Position numbers and translations under genes: made by a program
Shown: positions 40,782-57,639 of the stretch, in pieces
Position numbering within the stretch: the first letter of the stretch is position 1
Layout of the letters: each line of letters begins with the position of its first letter
The notes under the pieces: generated by a model
Databases searched by the model: none
The model's input: the letters and a program-made list of their open reading frames with translations, nothing else
What the model was told of the DNA's origin: nothing
NCBI GenBank assembly: GCA_964016885.1
Contig: OZ024755.1
Span: 25,358,001-25,422,000, forward strand
Reading direction: 5' to 3'
Source of the DNA: Eledone cirrhosa
Lineage: Eukaryota
DNA length: 64,000 nt

Positions 40782-41412
40782 GTTTGTTATATAGGCACAT
40801 GGCCAGCAATTTTTGGGGAGAGGAAAGTCGATTAAATCGACCCCAGTGTATACTGGTACTTTATTTTATCGACCCCGTAAGGATGAAAGAAAAAGTTAAA
40901 CTCGGAGGGATTTGAACTCAGATCATAAAAGGCCGTAACTCTATGCTGCAAAGCAAGGCGTCCGACCCTCTACCGATACTGCCAATCCACCGCCTTTAAT
41001 AAATAATAAATAATGGTTTCTTATATAGGCACAAGGCCAGCAATTTGGGGGGAGGGGAAAGTCGATTAAATCGACCCCAGTGCGTAACTGGTACTTTATT
41101 TTATCGACCCCGTAAGGATGAAAGGCAAAGTTAACTTCGGCCGGATATGAACTCAGATCATAAAGGGTCGTAACTCTATGCTGCAAAGCTTGGTATCCGA
41201 CCCTCTACCGATATTGCCAATCCACCGCCTTTAATAAATAATAAATAATAATAACTGTTTCTACTTTTGGCACAAGGCCAGCAATTATCCCAGTGCATTA
41301 CTGGTACTTTCTTTTATCGACCCCGTAAGGATGAAACGCAAAGTTAAGCTGGCGGTATTTGAACTCAGAACGTAAAGGGACATAACTCTGTGCTGCAAAG
41401 CATGGTGTCTGA
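40079..41412. mobile_element. Cluster of five Deu-type SINEs (40079-40250 +, 40271-40452 +, 40781-40995 -, 41013-41230 -, 41250-41412 -)
   Basis: Repeated family core; (AAT)n tract at 40721-40780. Confidence 0.9.
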
Positions 41413-42095
41413 CGTTAACGTTTTATTATTTTCTAATATCGGGAGTGAACTTACCGGGTGTGAAATTGTTTATGTATTGTGTATGAGTATATATATATAT
41501 TGTTTATATGTATATGTTTGCGATTGTTTATATGTATATGTAGTGTGTATGCCTATACTTATTTATGCATGTGTATATGTAGTGTGTATGTATTGCATAT
41601 GCGTGTATATGTATTGTGTATTGGCGGCTGTTCACTTAGGCAGATGAAATAATTGTAATGAAATGACTAAGACAAGTTATGGACAACATACATCTTTAAT
41701 GACATCTTTGAAATTGTGTCCTGGAACGTACACATGCTATTGGATTAGACTGAAATCATACATACATACATACATACATACATACATACATACATACATA
41801 CATACATACATACATACATACATACAGAGAAACATGCATACATACATACATACATACATACATAAATACAGAGAAACATGCATACATACATACATACATA
41901 CATACATACATACATACATACATACATAAATACAGAGAAACATGCATACATACATACATACATACATACATACATACATACATACATACATAAATACAGA
42001 GAAACATGCATACATACATACATACATACATACATACATACATACATACATACATACATACATAGAAACACATACATACATACATACAGACAGCC

Positions 42096-42140
<45 letters not shown>

Positions 42141-42216
42141 TACAGACAGACAGACAGACAGACAGACATACATACATACATACAGAGAAACATGCATACA
42201 TACTGTACATACATAC

Positions 42217-42825
42217 ATGGTGGCTGCCAACTCGTTTTCGAGTACGGCCACTACTTTATATCCATGTAGGAGAACCCCTACCGATGCGCTGAACGAGTGT
42301 GACTTTTTAGTCCAGCCAGCGACTTGAAAACTCTGGTACAAACACTACACTTGTGACAATTATTGACACATAGTTCTGGGCCCATGGTACCATGTGACGA
42401 CAAGTGCAGAGAGATCTCCAGATATAAAGCAATGCCTGTGCCGTGAACTTTTATAGTGAGCAAAGGCACTGCACAAAGCCAGTCCCACTCTCTTAACCAA
42501 GATGATATTTACCAAAAAGAAGAACAAGTCAACATCATTGGATACCATCAGGGTTGCAGGTGTTATATCAGAGTTTTCCTTCTCCTAGAATTCTGCCTTG
42601 ACAAAGGCTAAGGGGTCATCTCTCCCAGTGATATTGGATGGCCATTGTCTCTTAAGAGCTCCTTTGCCCTTTGACAGGTTTTGTTTTTAGTCCTGCAGGA
42701 TGTCCAAAGCCACCCTCCTCACCAAGAAACCTTGGTGGGGTTGCCAGTTTAGTCGCCAACGACCCGACCATGAGACAGGTTGTACTGGGATACATGTTAC
42801 CAGTAGCACCAACTGGTGACCTGAC
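42217..42825 (-). mobile_element. Bipartite RTE-derived element, copy 2
   Basis: Near-identical to 291-918; intact CSVCTRVFKSLAGLKSHTRSAHR* frame. Confidence 0.9.
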
Positions 42826-42902
42826 ACATATATACATACACACTACATACATACATACATACATACATACATACATACATACATACATACATACATACAT
42901 AC

Positions 42903-43512
42903 ATGGTGGCTGCCAACTCGTTTTCGAGTACAGCCACTACTTTATATCTATGTAGGAGAACCCCTACCGATGCGCTGAAGGAGTGTGACTTTTTAGTCCA
43001 GCCAGCGACTTGAAAACTCTGGCACAAACACTACACTTGTGACAATTATTGACACATAGTGCTGGGCCCATGGTACCATGTAATGACAAGTGCAGAGAGA
43101 TCTCCAGATATAAAGCAATGCCTGTGCCGTGAATCTTTTATAGTGAGCAAAGGCACTGCACAAAGCCAGTCCCACTCTCTTAACCAAGATGATATTTACC
43201 AAAAAGAAGAACAAGTCAACATCATTGGATACCATCAGAGTTGCAGGTGTTATATCAGAGTTTTCCTTCTCCTAGAATTCTGCCTTGACAAAGGCTAAGG
43301 AGTCATCTCTCCCGGTGATTTTGGATGGCCATTGACTCTTAAGAGTTCCTTTGCCCTTTGACAGGTTTTGTTTTTAGTCTTGCAGGATGTCCAAAGTCAC
43401 CCTCCTCACCAAGAAACCTTGGTGGGGTTGCCAGTTTAGTCGCCAACGACCCGACCATGAGACGGGTTGTACTGGGATACATGTTACCAGTAGCACCAAC
43501 AGGTGACCTGAC
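42903..43512 (-). mobile_element. Bipartite RTE-derived element, copy 3 (tandem with copy 2)
   Basis: Near-identical; separated only by (TACA)n. Confidence 0.9.
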
Positions 43513-43689
43513 ACACATACATACATACATACATGATGGCTGCCCCTTCGTTATCGAGTATGGCCATTGCACGAGAAAAAAAAACGTAATAATAACAACA
43601 ATATTAATAATAACAACAACAATAATAACGACAACAACAACAATAATAATATACATATATATATACACACACACACGCACACACATAAA

Positions 43690-43878
43690 CATATCTCCAC
43701 ACACGATAGCAATTAACAGCGCTGCGATCAAAATGTAGCTTTTTAGCCCAGCCAATTATCTAAAATGTCTTGCACAGAGTCTGCAACCAAAACATTCATT
43801 GGGAATAGCCGGCTGTGGTTGGAGTTCATGTACTTGAGCCCTCCTGCTGATTTACATTCTCTACCACATGCTTGGCAA
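43690..43878 (-). mobile_element. RTE 3' remnant with two degenerate zinc fingers
   Basis: CQACGRECKSAGGLK and CRLCARHF..LAGLKS. Confidence 0.55.
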
Positions 43879-43947
43879 TACATACATACATACATACATA
43901 CATACATACATACATACATACATACATACATACATACATACATACAT

Positions 43948-44412
43948 AGGAGAATATTTATGCAGAACTGATGAGAAATCTGCAGATACTCCACCCTGAT
44001 TACACCTTCAGATTTATGCCTGTGATTATTGGAGCACTGGAATATGTTAGTAACTGCCTCAATACAAATCTTGAGAAGCTGGGCTTCACAGGAACAGAGA
44101 GAACACAACTAGTTAGGAAATTACAAGTACAATCCATTAATGGAACAGTAAAAATATGTAAAACATTCCAAACATTTTGCATCTAATAACTGCATATACA
44201 CATGTACAGATACAAAGCATATACACATGCACACATACAACTCAAAACATCCACATCCACACATACAATAACATCCATATCTACACATGCATACATACAT
44301 ACATATCTACCTAGTTGATGTTGTGTAAATTCCAATGAGAGAGTCTTGTGGCTATGTTAGAAACCGACTCTCTCTCTATTGGTAAAACTTTGTGAAATTA
44401 TAAAACCAGAAG
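43948..44412 (+). mobile_element. 3' fragment of R4/Dong-clade (RLE) retrotransposon
   Basis: ENIYAELMRNLQILHPDYTFRFMPVIIGALEYV...LQVQSINGTVKICKTF* resembles the R4/Dong C-terminus (PVIIGALG motif), followed by a 3'UTR. Confidence 0.8.
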
Positions 44413-44731
44413 AATATACAAACATAAACACACATGTACACATATATACATCCATGCATACACACACACACACATATATATATATATATTTAATATAGGA
44501 ATGGCTTCTACATACATACATACATACATACATACATACATACATACATACATACATACATACTGTACATACATAAATAGAAACCCATACATACTGTACA
44601 TATATACATACACACACACTACATACATACATACATACATACATACATACATACAGAGAAACATACATACATACATACATACATACATACATACTGTATA
44701 TACAGAAATACATAGAAACATGCATACATAC

Positions 44732-45341
44732 ATGGTGGCTGCCAACTCGTTTTCGAGTACGGCCACTACTTTATATCTATGTAGGAGAACCCCTACCGAT
44801 GCGCTGAACGAGTGTGACTTTTTAGTCCAGCCAGCGACTTGAAAACTCTGGTACAAACACTACACTTGTGACAATTATTGACACATAGTGCTGGGCCCAT
44901 GGTACCATGTGACGACAAATGCAGAGACATCTCCAGATATAAAGCAATGTCTGTGCCGTGAAACTTTTATAGTGAGCAAAGGCATTGCACAAAGCCAGTC
45001 CCACTCTCTTAACCAAGATGATATTTACCAAAAAGAAGAACAAGTCAACATCATTGGATACCATCAGAGTTGTAGGTGTTATATCAGAGTTTTCCTTCTC
45101 CTAGAATTCTGCCTTGACAAAGGCTAAAGGGTCATCTCTCCCGGTGATTTTGGATGGCCATTGACTCTTAAGAGCTCCTTTGCCCTTTGACAGGTTTTGT
45201 TTTTAGTCCTGCAGGATGTCCAAAGTCACCCTCATCACCAAGAAACCTTATGTCAGGTCACCAGTTGGTGCTACAGGTAACATGTATGCCAGTACAACCT
45301 GTCTCATGGTCGGGTCGTTGGCGACTAAACTGGCAACCCCA
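44732..45341 (-). mobile_element. Bipartite RTE-derived element, copy 4, with 5' terminal ~92 bp inverted
   Basis: 45250-45341 is the reverse complement of the normal terminus. Confidence 0.9.
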
Positions 45342-45367
45342 TATACATACATACATACATACATACA

Positions 45368-45398
<31 letters not shown>

Positions 45399-45400
<2 letters not shown>

Positions 45401-45996
45401 GATAGCTGCCCCTTCGTTATCGAGTATGGCCATTGCACGAGATACCATTATTAATAATTGCCTGTGCGTGAAGATATTTTTTAAAGTGAGGAAAGACTGT
45501 GTACTGAGCCAATCCCACTCTCCGAGCGACAGTAGCTATAACCCGAAAAGAAGAAAAGATCAACATCATTGGTAACTACTGAGCCGCAGGTTTTATATCG
45601 AAGTTATCCCAGTTTCCTGAGTTGCCTTCTACTAGAAGGATGCCCTGACAAAGGCTAGGGGTCCTTCACTCCCAGTGGTTTAACCGCGCGATCGGGTGTC
45701 CAGCCCGACTATTTCTATGTCCCCGCACATATACATACACATGCACCCATGTATATACACATAGACATACATATGTACATGTGCATATACATATTTACAC
45801 ACTTTGGGATGGCCTTTGACTCTTATGAGTTTTTCCGCCCTTTGTTAAGTTTTGTTTTTTGTCCTGCAGGGTGTCCAAAATCAGACTCCTCACCAAGTAA
45901 ACTTGGTGGGGTTGCCGATTTAGTCACCGACGACCCGACCATGTGACAGATTGTACTGAGTTACATGTTACCAGTAGCACTCAAGAGTGACCCGAC
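45399..45996 (-). mobile_element. Sister bipartite RTE-derived family (no zinc finger), interrupted at ~45681-45800
   Basis: Homologous 5' end and CACTTTAAAAAATATCTTCACGCACAGGC segment; other pieces at 43533-43574 and 62371-62608. Confidence 0.75.
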
Positions 45997-46289
45997 ATAC
46001 ATACATACATGAAATAACTAAAGATATCATGTGACCAGAGACAATTGTTTTTAGTGAAAGTTTTCCATTTGCAATGAAGCCGCCAGTTAAGATATTTAGA
46101 GGAAGACTTCTTCTTCTTCAATAATTTATCAGTTATCTCATGTTTCTAGTAAGTTGTTAACTTGTCTCATTATAACAAACAGCTGGTGCAGGGAAGTCGC
46201 TGCACATTGCATTGCTGCAACAATTAATCCCAATAGCAACAGCTGCCTCCTATCTTGTATTCCAACTGTGAATAATTTGAACGGGTTAT

Positions 46290-46690
46290 TATGGTGTGGT
46301 GTGATGTGGTGAGGTGTACTGTGGTGTTGTGTGGTGCTGTGTGGTGTTGTGTGGTGTGGTGTGGTGTACTGTCATGTGGTGTACTGTGATGTGGTGTAGT
46401 GTGGTGTTGTACTGTGATGTGGTGTAGCATGATGCAATGTAGCATGATGCAATGTAGTGTAATGTGATGTGTGATATTGTGTAGTGTAGTGTGATGTGGT
46501 GTAGTGTAGTATACTGCAGTGTAGTGTGGTGTAGTGTAGTGTGGTGTGGTGTAGTGTAGTGTGGTGTGGTGTGGTGTACTGTCGTGTGGTGTACTGTCGT
46601 GTGGTGGTCTGTACTGTGGTGTGGTATTCTGTGGTGTTGTGAGGAGTGGTGTAGTGTGGTGTAATGTAGTGTGATGTGGTATAATGTGAA
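46290..46690. repeat. (GTGTG/GTGTA)n pentanucleotide microsatellite
   Basis: Direct inspection. Confidence 0.85.
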
Positions 46691-47321
46691 AGAGTGTACA
46701 TGTATATATAAATATATATATATATGTGGGTATGTATGTGTGTGTGTGAATTTTTATATATATACACACATATATATACATATGTATAAATATATATACA
46801 CATAAATATATTTATAATATATAAATAAATTTATTATATATGTGGTGGTCCTGTGGTAAGTTACTAGTGTAACTATGTATAGTAAGGGAATCTATGCATC
46901 GGTGGCATATATATATAGTTAGGGAAGCAGAAAATTGCTTATTGTGATCCAGTTCGTGGTTAAGAAAGCGGTCAAGGAATCCTTCCACCTCTACCCCTCC
47001 CTCCATCACAGTTTGTCACTCTACTTCCTAACTCTTCTCCCCCTTCCTCTCTCTCTATACTATTCCGTTTGTCCCCTCACTTTCTAATTCCTCTTCCTCT
47101 CTCTATATACTAGTAAATACAATTCCAAAAATTTGTTTTTCTCTATATATTAAGAACTATTTCAAGAGTAACTTACTCACTATTTTGAAAATGTGAACGT
47201 GAACAACAATTATAATTGAGTGGCTGCTATTTCCAGTATAGCAATATAAGGTTGCACTTACCAATGAAACGGTCGTAAATACCTGGATAGAATCCTTCTC
47301 TTAATGCTTACCTGTGTTTTC

Positions 47322-47354
<33 letters not shown>

Positions 47355-47359
<5 letters not shown>

Positions 47360-47687
47360 TATTAAATAAATGGAAACTATATTTATAAAACCATATTTAT
47401 TTCATTATATATATTTCAGGGATATCATATTAACAATATGCTATGCCTTCCTCAGACAAAATACAATATAAACAGTTTTATAGATAAATAGATTTGACAT
47501 ACCGTAACAACTTTTCAAATACAAGTCGATGTTGTTACGGTATGTCAAATCTATTTATCTATAAAACTGTTTATATTGTATTTTGTCTGAGGAAGGCATA
47601 GCATATTGTTAATATGATATCCCTGAAATATATATAATGAAATAAATATGGTTTTATAAATATAGTTTCCATTTATTTAATACTGTA
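47355..47687. mobile_element. Inverted repeat (157-bp arms, 19-bp spacer) with two outward-facing hammerheads (47399-47462 minus; 47580-47643 plus)
   Basis: Arms 47355-47511 and 47531-47687; ATTTTGT-CTGAGGA-...-GAAA-TATATA-TA-ATGAAAT. Confidence 0.85.
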
Positions 47688-47835
47688 AATATACTCCAAA
47701 TACTTGTCGAGTGCTTTTATATCAGTTATAAATATTTACTAGTTGTAACCCAACAATTTAAATATAACTTTCCATATATATATATATGTGGGATAGCAAA
47801 AATGAAAATAATAATTACCATTAACATCACTATCA

Positions 47836-48019
47836 TAATTGTTTCTATTTTGGCACAAGGCCAGCAATTACCCAGTACATTACTGGTACTTTATTTTATC
47901 GACCCCGTAAGGATGAAAGGCAAAGTTAACCTCGGCGGGATTTGAACTCAGATCATTAAGAGCGGTAAATCTATGCTGCAAAGCATGGTGTCCGACGCTC
48001 TACTGATACTGCCAATCCA
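47836..48019 (-). mobile_element. tRNA/Deu(Nin)-type SINE, short form
   Basis: Match to family. Confidence 0.9.
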
Positions 48020-48548
48020 AATGATATATAGGTGTATGTAAATGTAGGCTCAGCAGCTCTGATGAAGCTGAACTAGGTCAAAATCGTGATGAATCAGTCT
48101 TTAGACTTATAAAATAGCTTCTGTGGTAAGAGGAGTGGTAGGTTATATCTTTAAATTTGTTTTAGAAGAGGGATAGTAATACTTTGTATAATGCCTTAAC
48201 ATAAGTATATATATATATATATATACATACATATATACACCACACACATATATATGCATATATATATATATATATGTATACACACACACATATATATGCA
48301 TATATATACGCACATATATAAAAATATATATATTTATGTGTATATTTATATATGTGTGTGTGAGTATGTACGTATATGTTTTGTGTGTATGCGTCTGTTT
48401 GTGTGTATATGTATATATATATATATATGTGTGTGTTACGTATACATATGCGTAACTACGTACCACCTCTTTAACCACGCCCACAACTTGGTTATCTCGT
48501 GTGTGCCTATGTGTATATATATATATATATGTATATATATATACATAT

Positions 48549-48698
<150 letters not shown>

Positions 48699-48741
48699 TA
48701 TATACACACATATATATACATATATATATATACACATATAT

Positions 48742-48772
<31 letters not shown>

Positions 48773-48998
48773 CATATATATATACACACATATATATACA
48801 TATATATATATATACACATATATATACATATATATATATATACATATATATACATATATATACACATATACATATATATACATTATATATATATACACAT
48901 ATTTATATATACACATATATATATATACACATATATATATATACACATATTTATATATACACATATATATACACACATATATATATACACATATATAT

Positions 48999-49075
<77 letters not shown>

Positions 49076-49226
49076 CATATATATATATATACATATATAT
49101 ACATATATATATATACATATAAACATATATATACATACATATATATATAAACATATATATATACATATATACATATATATATATACATATATATGTATAC
49201 ATATATATATATACATATATATACAC

Positions 49227-49277
<51 letters not shown>

Positions 49278-49300
49278 CACATATATACATATATATATAC

Positions 49301-49332
<32 letters not shown>

Positions 49333-49334
49333 GC

Positions 49335-49387
<53 letters not shown>

Positions 49388-49721
49388 TTCGTCACAATAG
49401 CAATGTTATTTTTACTATCATATGCGAAGGACAAGCTGTTCTGACTCAACTCAAACCATTTATATTTTATGTATTTTTTAGCTGAAATCGGATATCTTGT
49501 TAAAAATAAAGTAAAATATGTAAAGTGAAGAATATCTACGTGTTTGGTCGTTCTGCTCCGCTGGCGATTATAAAATGGAGTAGTTATGTGTTGTAATATT
49601 GGCGCAATATAGTATTGTATATTCTAGAATCTCGATATGTATATATTATATATATACACACACAAACACAGACACACACACTCGTGTATATATATATATA
49701 CTTGAATATGAATATATAAGC

Positions 49722-49781
<60 letters not shown>

Positions 49782-49796
49782 CTATGTATGTACGTG

Positions 49797-49835
<39 letters not shown>

Positions 49836-50099
49836 ATCTATGTATGTACGTGTATATATATATATATGTGTGTGTGTGTGTGCGTATGTATAATTTATAT
49901 CGCTCTTATCTTTATAACTCCTGTAAAAAAAAAAAAGAAGAAAAAAAAATAGGTTTTGAGGCATCACGCCTCGCGCTGGTTTTTGACTTCGAATATAGTC
50001 GAGTTTTAAATATATATAAATTGGCACCGTGGTCGGGATTTTACCTATCTCTATACCCACTCTGCGGCTCACCCAGGCATTCAGCATTTACTTGATTAG

Positions 50100-50203
<104 letters not shown>

Positions 50204-50296
50204 GTAGAACACTGGAGGGTTATATCCGTAGTAGTAGAGCACTCAGTCCATGGGACGAGTTTGGTAGAGGTAGTATCACTATAGTTAGTACGCCAT

Positions 50297-50337
50297 ACCG
50301 AGAACAAATGTTTCACTTTGCGGATCTTCAGCTCGGT
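50297..50337 (-). ncRNA. Probable type I hammerhead ribozyme with extended stem I
   Basis: ACCGAG-CTGAAGA-TCCGCAAAGT-GAAAC-ATTT-GTT-CTCGGT; distal GTAGTATCAC/GTGATACTAC pairing; stem II weak. Confidence 0.6.
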
Positions 50338-50589
50338 CAGCTGAACTAATTGCTGTGATACTACTTATATATATATACATATATATATAAGCAGTATGTT
50401 TTGCTTTGCTGTTGTAAATTTGATTTCAGGTTGAGTTTTAGAAATTTGGAACGAATAACGCAAATCCTTCTATCCGACGTTCAAACGACACTGTCAATTC
50501 TTTGAGTTACACTTGAACTAAAATATCGAAATGGAAACCTAAGCTTTGTGCAGATTTTACCTTGAATGTACAACATATTAAAGGTTCAA

Positions 50590-50930
50590 AAAGATTGGTG
50601 TGTCCCAAAGCCCGAAGCTTGTTCAAGTCTCATTGGTGTTAAGTAATTGACAGTACAAGACTCTCCCTTGGACAGGTAACCAGTCCATCACACAGTTGAA
50701 GTCTGAACCATGCATGGAAGTTCAATAGGACAGAGCTTGTCCTGGTTTCATTAGTGTAAAGTGCCTGAGAATACAAGACTCACCCTGACAGAACACCAGT
50801 CCATCACAGTTAATGTCTGTCTCAAGCCCAGAGGTTCATAAAGCCAGAGTTTGTCCTGGTTTCATTCGTGTTACGTGAGTGAGAGTACAAGACATCGCCT
50901 AAAATACAACGTACTATTTATTACAGTGTT
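50590..50930 (-). repeat. Degenerate triplication (~115 bp) of a SINE internal segment
   Basis: TACAAGACT..CC..GACAG..ACCAGTCCATCACA three times; reverse complement resembles 25845-25925. Confidence 0.6.
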
Positions 50931-51089
50931 AACTTACGGTAAGTGGTTGTACAAATTGCAGTGTTATCTTCCGGTTGGGGTTTGTACAAACTGCAACAGC
51001 GTAAAATAGACAGTTTCGATCAAAAACATAATGGGCCACACGTTTGAAGACATTATAATTGTAAGCCCAATGAATTAAGTTCTATATAC

Positions 51090-51335
51090 TAGGATCGATA
51101 TGAACAACTAAATCCCTTCGCGGTGATACCACAGCATGACATCAGTCTAATGACTGAAACCAGCTAAGTTATACTCCAGTCGATATGATCAACTACATCC
51201 GTTTCAGCCAGTGCTCCAACATGACTGCAACTGAAACCAACTAAAATGTACTGACGTTGATATGATCGACTAAATCCGTTTAAGGTAGTACTCCAGCATA
51301 ACCACAGATTAATAACTGAAACGAGTAATAGAAAA
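51090..51335 (+). repeat. Degenerate triplication (~75 bp) of a retroposon tail-like segment
   Basis: GATATGA.C.ACTA.ATCC...CAGCATGAC...ACTGAAAC three times. Confidence 0.6.
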
Positions 51336-51510
51336 GAAGAAAGACTACACACTCAGAGACACTGACTACCTTATCAGATGTTTAATGCAACGTAGACTTC
51401 AGTTCATTACTAGGATTTACTGAAGTGATTTGTCATTCTGATTATTCATCATTGTTTAAAGAACTTCACATTTTTTTCCATACACAAGTAAATGTATATA
51501 TGTGTATATA

Positions 51511-51582
<72 letters not shown>

Positions 51583-51648
51583 CTTATATATATATATATA
51601 TATATATACTTACACATATATATAATACTTATATATATAACTAAGTAT

Positions 51649-51683
<35 letters not shown>

Positions 51684-51762
51684 CTTATATATATATATAT
51701 ACTTTCATATATATACTTTCATATATGTATTTACACATATATATATACTTATATATATATAA

Positions 51763-51796
<34 letters not shown>

Positions 51797-51813
51797 TTAC
51801 ATATATATATATC

Positions 51814-51845
<32 letters not shown>

Positions 51846-52104
51846 CTTATATATATATATATATAAGTATATGTATGTGTAAGTATATATATGAAAGTAT
51901 ATATTATATATATAAGTATATATATATATATATATATAATATATATATATATAATATATATATATATAAGTATATTATATATATAAGTATATATATATAA
52001 GTATATATATATATATATGTATATATATATAAGTATATATATAAGTATATATATATATATGTATATATATAAGTATATATATATATATAAGTATATATAT
52101 ATAA

Positions 52105-52185
<81 letters not shown>

Positions 52186-52229
52186 TATATATATATAAGT
52201 ATATATATATATATATATATTATATATAA

Positions 52230-52322
<93 letters not shown>

Positions 52323-52672
52323 AGTATATATATATATATATATAAGTGGAATAGAATGAAACGAAATTTCATTTCTCACTCTTAGTACGGCAGTTACTTA
52401 AATGTAAGTATGTATGTATACGTACATACATATATGTATACAGACGTACAGTAGTATGTATATATATATATACATACATGCACACATATATATATATATA
52501 TATATGCACGTATCGGTTTACCGAACATTTATTATAATGCTCGGTTTGTTTGTAAACAAACAAACAGCCCGAATTACGCCGTACAGTGTTTAGTCAACCA
52601 CGTCACCTTATATATATATATACATATGTAAATATATATATATGTGTGTGTAAGTATATATATATGTGTAAG

Positions 52673-52763
<91 letters not shown>

Positions 52764-53249
52764 TACGCTCTTCAAACATTGCTTGTTGGCGTAATTGTAA
52801 TTATTTGGCAGTGAAATAATTTAGCTCTGGGTAAAATTTGATCAGTTGTAGCTTCATTCTATTCATATCGCGAACAGAGTGGTTCGTTTTAGTTATTTTA
52901 AAATAATTATATAGGTCGTTATCGAATTCGTAGCTACAAGAAAAGTGCGATTTATAGTTTCTGTTCCTCCTGTACAACCTAAAATATTATTTTTAACCTT
53001 TCTCATTGTTGTTTTTCTTCGATTCAGTATTGTTGATGATGTCAAAAACAGCCATGTTGTAGCAAATTCCGGCAAAGTAAATCCAATATTTAGACAAATA
53101 TTTCTACGATTTCAAATAAAAAGGTGTCTTCAGAGAATATCATGAGAAGAATATAAATAATATTTAACAGGACTTGTAGAATTCATCTTAAATTTAATTA
53201 ATAATCTTCCCCGCGGTTGTGTATGTGTGTAAGTATGTGTTTATGTGTA

Positions 53250-56135
<2,886 letters not shown>

Positions 56136-56211
56136 AAAATTTGTATGAATGTATATGTATGTTTGTATGTATGTATTATGTACGTATGTATTGTATATAT
56201 GTATGTATGTA

Positions 56212-56381
56212 CGAGGGTCGGCTGAATACAATGGAATGACGTTAGAGCTGTGAAATCTTGCATGCATTTATTTCAACACTTCTTATTAATAAATGCATTA
56301 TTTCTTTCCATGTTGAAAACCTCATTTGGTCATTTCATGAGAGTATCTTGGTCAGCCTATGAACTGTTCAGCCGACCCTCC
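56212..56381. mobile_element. Mariner-type MITE
   Basis: TA|CGAGGGTCGGCTGAA ... TTCAGCCGACCCTCC|TA. Confidence 0.8.
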
Positions 56382-56817
56382 TATGTATACATATTGATTA
56401 TTCCACTGGACGGAAGAGTGTCGTATGTTCGATTTACTCGATCAAATATAGCTTTATTTTTGTATTTGGCTAAATTCCAATCATGCGCGGTTCCAACATT
56501 TGTTCTGTTTCCGTTGTGTTCAGCAGACGATAAACAAATCTGTCTTAATGGGTTGTTGATATCCCAGTGGTCTGTAAATGTTCATTATTAAGGACCTATT
56601 TTTACTTGAATGAATCTTTCCATGTATACGCTCCCTAAATTATATGGGATAATAACATTTGGAGAAAATAAATTATACCTGATATAGTATAAACTACCAA
56701 TACTGTGTTTATAGGATTTTTTTAATAATAAATTATTTGAAATTTTATATTGAGCTTACTGGTGCCCTAATGAACTTACTTCGATCCACAAGAGATAGTC
56801 AGCACAGCATTATAGTA

Positions 56818-57140
56818 AAAAAAAACCACCTTTGGTCACGAATGACCATGGGATTTGCACCTAGAAAGTCAGGGCAAGGTGGATTGTGGAAGACCAGCAG
56901 TTGCCCATGCATACCAGCCTCTCCTTCCCACGCCACCGATGTTGTCCAAGGGAAAGGCAATGACCGATATAGTTTGGCACCAGTGACGTCGCAACTCATT
57001 TCTACAGCTGAGTAAACTGGAGCAACGTGAAATAAAGTGTCTTGCTCAAGGACACAATGCATCACCCGGTCCGAGAATCGAACTCACAACCTTCTGATTG
57101 CAAGCCAAATGCTGTAACAACTAAGCCATGCACCTTCACT
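56818..57140 (-). mobile_element. Full-length tRNA-headed SINE (second family) with TSD
   Basis: GAGTTCGATTCT B-box, CCTTGAGCAAGACACTT core; TSD AGCATTATAGTA at 56806-56817 and 57141-57152. Confidence 0.88.
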
Positions 57141-57582
57141 AGCATTATAGTACAATTAATAACATTTCATTTTTTTTACACTGTGATCCAGCTGTTTATA
57201 TCGCAAGACATACCGTTGATATAGGCATGGCCGAATAGTTTACAAAATGGTTTAGAAATATAAAAAAATCACGAGTTTGATCGCACAACAAAGCATTTCA
57301 GGTATTTGATTTCGTATGGACCCCAGAGGAGTGCAAGTGAACATCAATCCAGGCAATACTTCAACGTTAAGAGATGGCGAAATGATAATGTGAGGTATTT
57401 AGTTCTGCTACTCAACCGTTTCCGCTTCGATTTTTCTGGGGTTTATAACGATAATTGTTTCTACTTTTGGCACAAGGACAGCAATTACCCAGTACATTAC
57501 TGGTACTTTATTTTATCGACCCAGTAAGGATGAAAGGCAAATATACAGACATACACACAAACACACATGCACACACATACAC

Positions 57583-57639
<57 letters not shown>

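Noticed and set aside
48056-48100. HHR-like CTGATGA motifs here and near 3310, 23180, 26190 and 28055
   Set aside because: Multiple core defects; at most decayed remnants
52893-53145. Possible exon or HHR (CTGAAGA..GAAA on minus strand)
   Set aside because: No recognisable product; stems do not pair
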